Virus record (IMG/VR): IMGVR_UViG_3300007177_000114
From: a virus
Lineage: Duplodnaviria; Heunggongvirae; Uroviricota; Caudoviricetes
DNA: 64,000 bases
Strand: one strand, 5' to 3'
In this document: positions 31,101 to 40,109 of the stretch, one piece after another
How the letters are laid out: each line of letters begins with the position of its first letter
How positions within the stretch are numbered: the stretch's first letter is position 1
The notes under the pieces: model-generated
What the model saw: the letters and a program-made list of their open reading frames with translations, nothing else
What the model was told of the DNA's origin: nothing
Database searches by the model: none
Program-made: the position numbers and the translations under genes

Positions 31101-34100
31101 CAAATAATAGACTAAGAGCAGGTTCAAATACATATGCTTCTGGTACATGGTCTGGTGATGGTAGAATTGCATGGCAAAGTACAATCACACCACCTCTAAT
31201 CATTGACTATAATCATGAAAACAATAGAATAGCGGTCACAGCAAATGTATTTTCTGCAAATATTTCCGCAAATACAGCAACTGTCACTAATTCTAGACGT
31301 CTAAGTGATATCATATCAGAAGTTTACAATGTCAAAGATTATGGTGCAGTTGGTGACGGAAATACAGATGATAGAGCCGCAATTCAGCGTGCAATTGATG
31401 CCGCAGTAGCGTCTGGTAAAGCTGCATCAGTTTATATCCCATCTGGTAGTTACAAGATCGGAAAAACAGCAAATACCGCAGGTATTGCAGATACCCTAGC
31501 AACAAATGGTTTGATTACATATCCTAGTGTAAAGATTAGAGGTGAGCAGGGATCCACAACCCTTCTTGCCGGTAATAATGATATGACAATCATTGGTTAT
31601 AGAAATCTAGGCACATATCAATTAGCTAATGTAGTCTCAGCAAATGTTTCTGGCACAACAGGCACAATCCTTTTTGATTCTGCTCATGGACTTACCACAA
31701 ACAATACTATCCGTTTGATTGACTTTGCTCCAGCTGGCTGGAATGCAGATAGTCTTTACACCGTCACAGTTGCAAATTCCACAGCCGTGACCGTCACAGT
31801 TCCTTCAGGTCTAGCAAATGCTACTTCAATGGGTACTGCTTGGTTTGCAAATAATGGTAACGATAATAATGGCGTATCAAATTTCTACGTAGAGAATATC
31901 AACTTCTCTAGTGCACTTGATACTTCAAATGAATTCTATACAAATTGTACCGCTATCGCACTTATCGGTGATGTAGCACAAAGCAATACCACAGTTTACA
32001 GCCCTACTGAATCTAGAATTGCCACTGTAAATCTAAAAGATATCTATATTTCAGGTCTTAGAACTTATAGAAATGGTATCTATCTAAGATATTGCGCTGG
32101 TACTACTATCAATAACATAAAAGTTCAAAGAGCTTTTAATGGCTTTGTGATTGATCGTTGCGGTGATACAGACTTCTCCGACTGTGAGGTTTTTAATGGT
32201 ATCACTTGGTATCCAAATAATACTGCTACTGAAACAGGTATAGTATCAATAACTCGTTCTGGTGCCACTGCTCCACAGACTGCAACTATCACATTCAATA
32301 AAAAGCATGGCTCTAGAGTCGGCGATCAAATTAAACTTCACAATTTTGATACTATCGAATGGAATCAAGAGGCGGATGTAACAAATAATCTATTCATTGT
32401 GACAGCTGTCACAGATAAAACAATTACATTCAATACTGCACCAGCTGGTGGAACACCGCTTCCTGCTCCAGTTGTGGGATCTGGAGTAATATATTCTATA
32501 AACAACGTTGGTTATAGAATTATTGGTGGGCCATTTGCTTATGACGAAGGCGTTCGTATGGTGAATACAAACGTCAACGGACAAGCTATTGGTCTATGGG
32601 TTCTTGGTCAAGAATGGGGAACTGCAGCATCCTGTTCTTTCTCCACTTCATATGGTGGTGCTGCTATTTTCCAAGGCCTTTCATCCACACTAACCACCGC
32701 CAATTGGCGTTTGACTGCTTGTGATTTCTCCACTTCATATCCATCTATTTCTGGTGATGTGGTCGTGGGCAATCCAACCAAGTCTGGTGTTCTTGTTGAT
32801 GAAAATTGCTTCAATATTCTATTCAGTTCTTGTTATTTTGCTTTGAGCAAATACGGTGCTGCAATTTATGGTAAAGAATGTTCTATTGTTGGAAGCTACT
32901 TCCTAGCAAATTATGATGGTGATATTCTACTATCTAATGCTAGAAGTGTAACTTTAGCAGATAATATCACTTCAAGTGCTGCTGTCACATCTGCTAAATT
33001 TAATGCCAATAGCTCAGTTAATAGCACAGCTGATTCAATTTTCCTAGGCTGGACAAATCAAAATTTTGCAAACGGGGATTATGTATATTATACAGTATCC
33101 ACCGGAAATACCGCAGTATCTGGTTTGACTGGAAATAGCTATTATTATATCGTTGGTGCAAATACCACTGCTGTTAAACTGTCTACTACTTCTGGTGGTG
33201 CAGCAATTAATATCACTGCTTCTGCCACATCTGAAAATGGCCATTTCCTTACAACAATAACATCTGCTGCATCCGGAACAGGATCCAGAACATTTTCTAT
33301 TGCAGAAACTGGTGAATGTATTGGCAATATCATCGTAGGCAACAAATACGTATCTCAGGTCACAACACCTACAAGAACTACTATTTGGAAGAATAATGCC
33401 AATATCTTTGATGAAGATGGCACAAGCAAAAAAGTCAAATTAGCCGTAGGAACATCTATGGTCTATTCTGGCTTTGGCCCACAGTATTTTATTGCAAATA
33501 GCACATTTGTAAATCTAACAAATGATTCAATTCAGCTCAATACTACTTCTCTTGGAGGTTGGGCTGCAAATGATATCTTTACAGTAAATGATACTGTATA
33601 TTATAGATCTTTTGCAGAACAGGGAAATGTGCCACTTGGTGGTCTAGCAAATGTTGGCACTTACTATATTTCATTTGCAAATGCAACTCACATTGCTCTT
33701 GCAAATACACTAGGTGGTGCAAACATCAATCTGACTTCTGTGCCTTCTGGATCACAAGCACACTATATCTACCCAAACGAAGATGCATTTGTCCAATATA
33801 GTGCTGATAGACAAGCAATCATTGGTAAAAATAATCAGATTACTATAAGTGGCAAAACTTCTGATATTACAGTAGGATCTGGTAGTGGTGCTGGTAATAC
33901 TACACTAACTGGTAATACTGTAGTACTCACAAGCTATTCCAATACTTTGATCACAGCCGCAAATGCAGGTGCTTATGTCACCGGTAATACCACTGCTCAA
34001 CTTACTGCTCAAGGAACAAATGGTAATGTAGTTATTTCGGCCACAAAAAATGTTGATATCAGTTCCACTTCTGGGAATGTGTTTATCTATGCAGCAGGCG

Positions 34101-34381
34101 GTCAAGCAAATGTTTATATTGCCAATTTGGTTTCCATCACTTCCGTAACAAATGCTATCAGTCTTGTATCTGCTGGGAATATCACTATTCAACCAAGTAC
34201 AGGTATAGTAAATATTCCAGGAACAAGTCAACTACAAATCAACGGAATAAAAGTTGTAGGAACTAGAGGCGCTGCAATTGCAAACGCAATTACCGGTGCT
34301 AGTGCCACCGCAAATAATGCTGCAAATACTGTGAATTTAATATTGGAAGCTCTTAGAACTCATGGTTTGATTGCACCATAA
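28106..34381 (+). CDS. Giant tailspike / polysaccharide depolymerase with two pectate-lyase-like beta-helices
   Basis: INILDFGAV...A.S.GGGTVYVPSGNY and YNVKDYGAVGDGNTDDRAAIQRAIDAA...VYIPSGSY; N/I-rich beta-helix rungs; several inserted modules. Confidence 0.75.
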   Translation: MAESNFTVKNGLVVNTSFTANSTVLQANGLTVNSSLANVAGAVRAANLTTTTNTATFGTAAYVVAGGNVGIGTSSPDARLAVSGTANISGNVVVGGTLTSANLTTTTNVITIGTSSYFVSNGNVGIGTSSPDARLAVSGTANISGNTTIAGILTLANLNVGNSTVNVTANSTVITIGNTTVNATINSTAFSGRANTANTANTLVNTEGVGIEPLQLPRAIDLGTAAFVDIDALYQIKAANTTTFRSLQSREADIINILDFGAVSDAQTAYSQVTCDFGSNVIQFSNNLFTNNDVGKIIGITRVDNRKSVSFNANTDVDSALDSIAISEQIFKVGDSALYEVSAGNTAIEGLQPNKRYYVTFANNTHLKLAKSMIAPAIQISKGATEAGHTLSLIKREISFNANAAVVPATNSILLGSANQYFQNGDSVYYQVDAGNTAIGGLTANTFYYVVGANSTSIQLATTRGGTAIALTKGLTETGHSFYRPWTPFIQYSTITAVNAANNITVTSTVSNAFGQQFGAIFQSNCGIVWGTDSYNGLANAFSRATSLGGGTVYVPSGNYVYGRPLYMGSNTAFIGDGPSSILYSAGHTGSQGDGAGAMITNINGYYANGLSKKTYTSFTSTFPVNQIDQNLVVRDLTFNQIGGVAGGAGKTICFILAKNIKIENCYLEAPTIVKDFISLIGCDNIDEIGNFARGVQIMHDHWGGCSSLRIMRNVAETKYDNGLQVINLNAQGTAATDYNKSQNIICSDNILFMNGGLETGGGHTAIFLDGLQIGSPSENYVIENNTIIGSSGYKNAGIIGRGAGGKFKISGNRIYNIGSSSPLLPILIGSRANNSTFTLSSNQVFTTSGSNVVVINTGAHYLTNNAVDNGAWLKVPNIGTINGINFNGEGANSYLKVAYVQNTTAVAVYAPSAASSTGNGTSTNVSGYNWWFGTPRGNHITENIIINSPSTDTIIQSSSRNTIISDNIVDYDELYNLQYESAIKITSFFSDSIDHTISNNRLRAGSNTYASGTWSGDGRIAWQSTITPPLIIDYNHENNRIAVTANVFSANISANTATVTNSRRLSDIISEVYNVKDYGAVGDGNTDDRAAIQRAIDAAVASGKAASVYIPSGSYKIGKTANTAGIADTLATNGLITYPSVKIRGEQGSTTLLAGNNDMTIIGYRNLGTYQLANVVSANVSGTTGTILFDSAHGLTTNNTIRLIDFAPAGWNADSLYTVTVANSTAVTVTVPSGLANATSMGTAWFANNGNDNNGVSNFYVENINFSSALDTSNEFYTNCTAIALIGDVAQSNTTVYSPTESRIATVNLKDIYISGLRTYRNGIYLRYCAGTTINNIKVQRAFNGFVIDRCGDTDFSDCEVFNGITWYPNNTATETGIVSITRSGATAPQTATITFNKKHGSRVGDQIKLHNFDTIEWNQEADVTNNLFIVTAVTDKTITFNTAPAGGTPLPAPVVGSGVIYSINNVGYRIIGGPFAYDEGVRMVNTNVNGQAIGLWVLGQEWGTAASCSFSTSYGGAAIFQGLSSTLTTANWRLTACDFSTSYPSISGDVVVGNPTKSGVLVDENCFNILFSSCYFALSKYGAAIYGKECSIVGSYFLANYDGDILLSNARSVTLADNITSSAAVTSAKFNANSSVNSTADSIFLGWTNQNFANGDYVYYTVSTGNTAVSGLTGNSYYYIVGANTTAVKLSTTSGGAAINITASATSENGHFLTTITSAASGTGSRTFSIAETGECIGNIIVGNKYVSQVTTPTRTTIWKNNANIFDEDGTSKKVKLAVGTSMVYSGFGPQYFIANSTFVNLTNDSIQLNTTSLGGWAANDIFTVNDTVYYRSFAEQGNVPLGGLANVGTYYISFANATHIALANTLGGANINLTSVPSGSQAHYIYPNEDAFVQYSADRQAIIGKNNQITISGKTSDITVGSGSGAGNTTLTGNTVVLTSYSNTLITAANAGAYVTGNTTAQLTAQGTNGNVVISATKNVDISSTSGNVFIYAAGGQANVYIANLVSITSVTNAISLVSAGNITIQPSTGIVNIPGTSQLQINGIKVVGTRGAAIANAITGASATANNAANTVNLILEALRTHGLIAP
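28304..28536 (+). repeat. 68-bp exact direct repeat (28304-28371, 28469-28536), with a near-identical copy at 36714
   Basis: ggtaatgtaggtattggaacttcttcaccagatgctagacttgcagtttcaggcacagctaatatttc encodes GNVGIGTSSPDARLAVSGTANIS. Confidence 0.9.
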
Positions 34382-34403
34382 TGGTGAATACCGGAGATAA
34401 TAA

Positions 34404-37400
34404 ATGACAGTAAATATAAAGCTTGCAAGAGTAAATGGGACTTTAGTTCCATATCCTACAAGCGCACCCACTATAGTTTCAACTGCAATAAATGATTTAA
34501 GTTTATATTCTAATACCAGTTCTGTATTAGCTTATGATGCTATCACCTATGCAAATGCAATAGCATATGTCGATGGTAAAGCATTTGTAAATACAAGTCA
34601 GTTGTCTGGTAATCTAGCAAACTACCAGACAACTGCTGGTCTGTCAGGCAACGTTGCTACTTTAACTGCAAATAATTCTACATTTGCATTTGAAAAAACC
34701 GAAAACAGTTTAAATGTAAACAGCGCTTTGATAGCAAATTCAAGTGTCTATCTCGGTTCTGCAAACTTACAGAATATTGAATCAAATATAGTATCAAATT
34801 CTGCAACTGCATATGCAAATTCCGTATCCTATGTAGATGGTAAAGCATTTGTAAATACAAGTCAACTTTCTAGCAATCTAGCAAACTATCAGACCACTAT
34901 AGGATTGGCTTCAAATGTAGCATCATTGACTGCAAATAATTCTACATTTGCTTATGGTAAAACAGAAATTAATTTAAACGTAAATAGTGCATTAAATGTA
35001 AATTCGGCTAGTTATCTAGAATCAGCAAATCTAAGTAATATCCAGACTTACATTACCACAAATGCATCCGCAGCTTATACTAATGCAGTATCTTATGTCG
35101 ACGGTAAATCATTTGTAAATACAAGTCAACTTTCTAGCAATCTAGCAAACTATCAGACCACAGCTGGTCTATCTGCAAATGTTGCAACTTTAACTTCAAA
35201 TAATTCTACATTTGCTTATGGTAAAACAGAAAATAATCTAAATGTCAATAATTCTTTATTTGCAAACTCAAGTGTCTATCTTGGTTCTGCAAACTTAAGC
35301 AATATCCAAACATTTATAACTACAAATGCTAGTGCTGCTTACACCAATGCAGTATCTTATGTAGATGGTAAATTATTTGTAAATACATCTCAACTTTCTA
35401 GCAATCTAGCAAACTATGCTCTTTTGACTGGTGCCATATTCAGTGGAAATGTTCGCACCCAACAGAGTGCACAAGTTGATGGGAATTTAGTAGTATCCGG
35501 TAATTTGACCGTGACTGGAAATGTCACAGTCATCGGGGCAAATAATTTGTCTGTTGTTGATAACATGATATATCTAAATTCTAATAGTACTAGTGCAAAT
35601 CCGGATCTAGGATTTGCCGGCAATTATAATGACGGAACTTATCAACACACCGGATTTTTCAGAGATGCATCTGACGGAATCTGGAAAGTATTTGATAGTT
35701 ATCTTCCGGAACCGGATGCTTCACCTTATATTGATACAACTAATTCTTCTTTTCATATTGCAAATTTCCAAGCAAATATTCTATATGTGGGAAATACCAC
35801 AGTATATTCAACTGTAAATACCACATCATTTAGCGGCACTTCAAATAATTCTACATTTGCATTTGGAAAAACTGAAAATAATCTAAATGTCAATAATGCT
35901 CTTACTGCAAACTCAAGCACTTTTGTTGGTACTGCAAACTTAAGCAATATCCAAACATTTATAACTACAAATGCTAGTGCAGCCTATACAAATGCGGTGG
36001 CATATGTCGACGGTAAATCATTTGTAAATACAAGTCAATTATCATCAAATCTAGCAAACTATCAGACTACAGCTGGATTGGCTTCAAATGTAGCAACTTT
36101 AGCTGCAAATTCTGCTGGATTTTTAGGAAATTCTACCGGTACTATATCAAATATTTCCACTTGGATTACCAGCAATTCTGCAACTGCATATACCAATGCT
36201 GCAGCATATGTGGATGGTAAAGCTTATGTAAATACAAGTCAACTTTCTAGCAATCTAGCAAACTATCAGACTACAGCTGGATTAGCATCTAATGTAGCTA
36301 CTTTAGCCGCCAATAGTTCAACTTATGCTAATGCTTCAATAACAAATACATTTACTATCGGAACATCAACTTACTACGTTTCAAATGGTAATGTCGGCAT
36401 AGGTACCGCTTCACCAATTACTAAACTTGATGTAGCTGGTCAAATTAGAGCTTATAATTCTAAATTTGCGAACGGTGCTACTGGAACAAATCTTATTTTA
36501 AGAACAAACAGTATTGTTGGTGAAACAGCAGCTCTTACCTTCTATAGCACTTTTGCCACCGGCACCGATGTTAACCCAAGAAGATCTTCCGATATCACTT
36601 CTGGTTATAGCACTGGCACATGGGGTAATGAATATCTCTCGTTTAATGTCGGAACAGGTGGGGTAAATGATAATGCAAATACCACCACTGAAAGAATGAG
36701 AATAACAGGTACTGGTAATGTAGGTATTGGAACTTCTTCACCGGATGCTAGACTTGCAGTTTCAGGCACAGCTAATATTTCTGGAAATGTGGTTATTGGT
36801 AGTGCTTTAACTTCTGCAAATCTTACCACAACTACAAATACTACAACAATTGGAACTGCTGCTTACTTTGTTTCAAATGGTAATGTTGGTGTGGGAACAA
36901 ATACCCCAGGTGTAAAACTTTCAATAATTGCACCTGTTAATACCCATATCCTACAAATCGGTGGTAATTCACAGGGAAATCTACCAGGGCCTCTTTTTGG
37001 TGGTTCTTTCAGTTATAACTATTTAGCAGGTTTTCGTGATTTTGGTTTATGGAATAATGATACAACACCTCCAACTATTTCATTTGGTTTTTATCAACTT
37101 ACCAGTACAAATACCTATAGCAATCTTATGTTTATTACTTCTGGTGGGAATGTAGGTATTGGTACCAGTGGAGTTGTAAATGCAAGACTTGCAGTTTCAG
37201 GCACTGCTAATATTTCTGGAAATGTTGCAATTGCTGGTGTCACAACTTTTAGTGCAAATATTATTCTTGGCACTTCTGGTCTATCCGCTAATGGTGGGTT
37301 TGGAACTGCAGGTCAAGTTTTAACAAGCAATGGAACTGCAACATACTGGAATACCGCAGCATCTGGTGGTTTTTCAAATGGTCAATCTATATCAGTAAAT

Positions 37401-37553
37401 AATTTTGTTATAACTGGAAGTTTTACTGCAAATAATTCCAATGGAACTGCAGGTCAAGTTTTAACAAGCAATGGAACTGCAACATACTGGTCTGATACAT
37501 CTGGTGGTATTTCAACTGGTAAAGCAATAGCAATGGCAATGATTTTTGGTTAA
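34404..37553 (+). CDS. Long tail fibre-like protein with tandem 88-aa repeats
   Basis: YVDGK..VNTSQLS.NLANYQTT repeats, GNVGIGT motifs, C-terminal GKAIAMAMIFG. Confidence 0.7.
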   Translation: MTVNIKLARVNGTLVPYPTSAPTIVSTAINDLSLYSNTSSVLAYDAITYANAIAYVDGKAFVNTSQLSGNLANYQTTAGLSGNVATLTANNSTFAFEKTENSLNVNSALIANSSVYLGSANLQNIESNIVSNSATAYANSVSYVDGKAFVNTSQLSSNLANYQTTIGLASNVASLTANNSTFAYGKTEINLNVNSALNVNSASYLESANLSNIQTYITTNASAAYTNAVSYVDGKSFVNTSQLSSNLANYQTTAGLSANVATLTSNNSTFAYGKTENNLNVNNSLFANSSVYLGSANLSNIQTFITTNASAAYTNAVSYVDGKLFVNTSQLSSNLANYALLTGAIFSGNVRTQQSAQVDGNLVVSGNLTVTGNVTVIGANNLSVVDNMIYLNSNSTSANPDLGFAGNYNDGTYQHTGFFRDASDGIWKVFDSYLPEPDASPYIDTTNSSFHIANFQANILYVGNTTVYSTVNTTSFSGTSNNSTFAFGKTENNLNVNNALTANSSTFVGTANLSNIQTFITTNASAAYTNAVAYVDGKSFVNTSQLSSNLANYQTTAGLASNVATLAANSAGFLGNSTGTISNISTWITSNSATAYTNAAAYVDGKAYVNTSQLSSNLANYQTTAGLASNVATLAANSSTYANASITNTFTIGTSTYYVSNGNVGIGTASPITKLDVAGQIRAYNSKFANGATGTNLILRTNSIVGETAALTFYSTFATGTDVNPRRSSDITSGYSTGTWGNEYLSFNVGTGGVNDNANTTTERMRITGTGNVGIGTSSPDARLAVSGTANISGNVVIGSALTSANLTTTTNTTTIGTAAYFVSNGNVGVGTNTPGVKLSIIAPVNTHILQIGGNSQGNLPGPLFGGSFSYNYLAGFRDFGLWNNDTTPPTISFGFYQLTSTNTYSNLMFITSGGNVGIGTSGVVNARLAVSGTANISGNVAIAGVTTFSANIILGTSGLSANGGFGTAGQVLTSNGTATYWNTAASGGFSNGQSISVNNFVITGSFTANNSNGTAGQVLTSNGTATYWSDTSGGISTGKAIAMAMIFG
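34568..36320 (+). repeat. 264-bp (88-aa) tandem coding repeat; six core copies
   Basis: Core VDGK codons at about 34568, 34832, 35096 and 35360 (spacing 264), then 36005 and 36209. Confidence 0.85.
37301..37490 (+). repeat. 49-bp exact direct repeat (37301-37349, 37442-37490)
   Basis: tggaactgcaggtcaagttttaacaagcaatggaactgcaacatactgg encodes GTAGQVLTSNGTATYW. Confidence 0.9.
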
Positions 37554-37566
37554 AGGTATCCGATAA

Positions 37567-37926
37567 ATGGCAAATCCAAATATAGTAAATGTAACTAGCA
37601 TTTTAGGAAAAACTGCAGTTGCAAACTTAAGTACAGTATCAAGTAATATTGTTACAAATAGTGCTGGCAGCAATACAATTGTTAAAATTAATACATTATT
37701 AATATCAAATATCAATGCCACCGCTACATTTGATTTCTCTGCAAGTTTATTTCGTAGCAGTGTAGATTATTCTCTTGCTTCTACAATAGCAGTCCCAGCA
37801 GATGCATCTTTAGTAGTTCTTTCAAAAGATACCGCTATTTACTTGGAAGAAGGTGATTCCATCAGATGCACAGCTTCAGCTAATAATGCTATGGTTGCAG
37901 TATGTAGCTATGAAATAATCAGCTAA
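37567..37926 (+). CDS. Conserved hypothetical virion-module protein
   Basis: MANPNIVNV...VPADASLVVLSK...YLEEGDSI.......SYE.I. Confidence 0.6.
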   Translation: MANPNIVNVTSILGKTAVANLSTVSSNIVTNSAGSNTIVKINTLLISNINATATFDFSASLFRSSVDYSLASTIAVPADASLVVLSKDTAIYLEEGDSIRCTASANNAMVAVCSYEIIS

Positions 37927-37944
37927 ATATGAGGATTTAATAAA

Positions 37945-38919
37945 GTGGGTTTAAATTCTTTAAATGGTGGTATAATCGGAAAGCTTAATACACCGAATAC
38001 TTCTGTAGCATCCGGTGTGTGGTCACTACCTAGACAGTTTTTGAGTAGAACTACAAGTTCATGGCCTGAAAATTTAATCACACTTGATGTAGAATATCTA
38101 GTATTAGCAGGTGGTGGTGCTGGTGGTTCGGATTCTGGTGGTGGCGGTGGTGCTGGTGGTTATAGAAGCTCAATAATAGGTGAATCCTCAGGTGGTGGTG
38201 CATCTGCTGAAGCCGTTGCTAATTGTGTTTTTGGTACTAGTTATACTGTAACCGTTGGTGCTGGTGCTCCTTCACCAGCTACTGCTACAACACAAGGAAC
38301 AAATGGCAGCCCGTCTACTTTTGCTAGCATAACATCAGATGGCGGTGGTTATGGTGGTGGTCGAGTAACTTTCCCTGGATATCCTGCTGCTTCTGGTGGT
38401 TCTGGTGGTGGTGGTAAAGGATCTGCAACTCCCGCTACCGGAGGTGCAGGAACCACAGGTCAAGGTAGAGCGGGTGGTAATTCGGTATCAGGTGCTGCAG
38501 GTGGTGGCGGAGGTGGTGCTAATAATGTGGGCGGAAGTACTTCTACCACTACCCCAGGTAATGGCGGCAATGGTGTAAGTTCAAGTGTAACAGGTACCGC
38601 AGTAACTAGAGGTGGTGGCGGTGCAGGTGCTGGTGCAGGTGCTAATGGCACCGGTGGTACCGGAGGTGGTGGCGGATCATTCTCAGGTGGTTCCGCTGGT
38701 GCTAGCGGCACTGTTAATACTGGCGGCGCCGGCGGAGGTGTTGTTGGTACTACATCTAGACCAGGTGGTGGTGGTTCTGGTATAGTTATTTTAAAATATC
38801 TTGCCACATATAATATAACGGTCAGTGCTGGTTTAACTAGTTCGACTACCACAGTGGGAAGTTACAAAATTACACAAATAACAGCAGGCACAGGAACAGT
38901 TTCTTGGAGTAGCACATAA
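37945..38919 (+). CDS. Glycine-rich fibre/adhesin-like protein (GTG start)
   Basis: VEYLVLAGGGAGG...GGGGAGGY...GGGGSGIVILKY glycine-rich domain; RBS GAGGA. Confidence 0.65.
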   Translation: MGLNSLNGGIIGKLNTPNTSVASGVWSLPRQFLSRTTSSWPENLITLDVEYLVLAGGGAGGSDSGGGGGAGGYRSSIIGESSGGGASAEAVANCVFGTSYTVTVGAGAPSPATATTQGTNGSPSTFASITSDGGGYGGGRVTFPGYPAASGGSGGGGKGSATPATGGAGTTGQGRAGGNSVSGAAGGGGGGANNVGGSTSTTTPGNGGNGVSSSVTGTAVTRGGGGAGAGAGANGTGGTGGGGGSFSGGSAGASGTVNTGGAGGGVVGTTSRPGGGGSGIVILKYLATYNITVSAGLTSSTTTVGSYKITQITAGTGTVSWSST

Positions 38920-38920
38920 T

Positions 38921-39304
38921 ATGGCACACTATGCTTTTTTAGATGAGAACAGCGTTGTCACTCACGTTATAGTTGGAAAAAATGAAGGTGAGGATGGTAT
39001 AGATTGGGAAGAATTCTATGGTGCAGTTCGTACTTCGTATAATACAGCTGCCGGCATATATTATGATCCTCAAACTGGTCAACCAGCAGAAGATCAAAGC
39101 AAAGCATTTCGAAAAAACTATGCAGGTATAGGTTATACGTATGATCCTATAAGAGATGCATTTATTCCACCTAAGCCACACAATAGTTGGATCTTAAATG
39201 AGGATACATGTTGTTGGGACCCACCAATTCCGTATCCAACAGATGGAAATAAATATATCTGGTATGAAGATTTAACCAAATGGATTGTTATTAATTTAGA
39301 TTAA
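38921..39304 (+). CDS. Conserved partner of the glycine-rich protein
   Basis: MAHYAFLDEN.VVT.VIVG...RTSYN...FRKNYAGIGYTYDP.RDAFIPPKP..SW.LNE.TC.W.PP.P.P.DG. Confidence 0.6.
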   Translation: MAHYAFLDENSVVTHVIVGKNEGEDGIDWEEFYGAVRTSYNTAAGIYYDPQTGQPAEDQSKAFRKNYAGIGYTYDPIRDAFIPPKPHNSWILNEDTCCWDPPIPYPTDGNKYIWYEDLTKWIVINLD

Positions 39305-39319
39305 GAAAGAGAAAAAATC

Positions 39320-40060
39320 ATGGCTTTACCTACATCAAGAGCTACTTTTAAAGAGTATTGTTTGAGGGCTCTTGGAAAGCCTGTCATTGAAATAAACGTC
39401 GACGATGATCAAGTAGATGATCGCATTGACGAAGCACTCAAATATTATTGGGACTATCATTTTGATGGATCCGAAAAAATTTATTACAAATATCAGGTGA
39501 CAGATCAAACAAAAATTGATCGCTATGTGCCAATGCCTGAAAACGTTATCGGTGTAGTAAATCTTTTCCCCATCGGACAGGCATTGAATACAAATAATCT
39601 ATTTAATATTAGATATCAGATCGCCCTCAATGATCTTTACACTTTGACTTCTGTTTCAATGGTGCCATACTATATGGCACTGCAGCATGTGCAGTTCCTG
39701 GAACAGATGTTAGTGGGCCAGCAGCCAATTAGATATAATCGACACATGAATAGATTATACGTTGATATGGATTGGAATATTATAAGTTCTGGCGATTACA
39801 TTGTGGCCGAAGCATATCAAATTGTAGATCCAGATGTTTACACTGATGCGTGGTCAGATAGATGGCTTCTTCGTTATGCTACTTGCTTGATAAAACAACA
39901 ATGGGGCACAAATCTAAAGAAGTTTGAAGGTATGCAATTGCCTGGTGGTATCCAATTTAATGGTCAAAAGATCTATGATGAAGCATTACAAGAAAGAAAT
40001 GATCTTGAACGTGATATGATCACATCATATAGTTTACCAGTAACCGATCTGATTGGCTGA
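39320..40060 (+). CDS. gp13: Neck protein
   Basis: YCLRALGKPVIEINVDDDQVDDRID; IKQQWGTNLKKF..QLPGG...NG..IY.EA. Confidence 0.92.
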   Translation: MALPTSRATFKEYCLRALGKPVIEINVDDDQVDDRIDEALKYYWDYHFDGSEKIYYKYQVTDQTKIDRYVPMPENVIGVVNLFPIGQALNTNNLFNIRYQIALNDLYTLTSVSMVPYYMALQHVQFLEQMLVGQQPIRYNRHMNRLYVDMDWNIISSGDYIVAEAYQIVDPDVYTDAWSDRWLLRYATCLIKQQWGTNLKKFEGMQLPGGIQFNGQKIYDEALQERNDLERDMITSYSLPVTDLIG

Positions 40061-40074
40061 GAATATACCTTTTG

Positions 40075-40082
40075 TATAAATA
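40075..40082 (+). promoter_or_regulatory. T4-type late promoter for the free-standing endonuclease
   Basis: Exact TATAAATA 27 nt upstream of the ATG at 40110. Confidence 0.8.
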
Positions 40083-40109
40083 TACCCATGACAAGCAAAG
40101 GAGAAAGTC

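Noticed and set aside
28304-37490. CRISPR array or diversity-generating retroelement explanation for the repeats
   Set aside because: The repeats are in-frame coding motifs without regular unique spacers. No cas or reverse transcriptase gene is present, and no adenine-specific mismatch pattern was seen.
38460-38852. 130-aa Pro-rich minus-strand ORF
   Set aside because: It is the antisense shadow of GGT/GGC glycine codons in ORF 37945.
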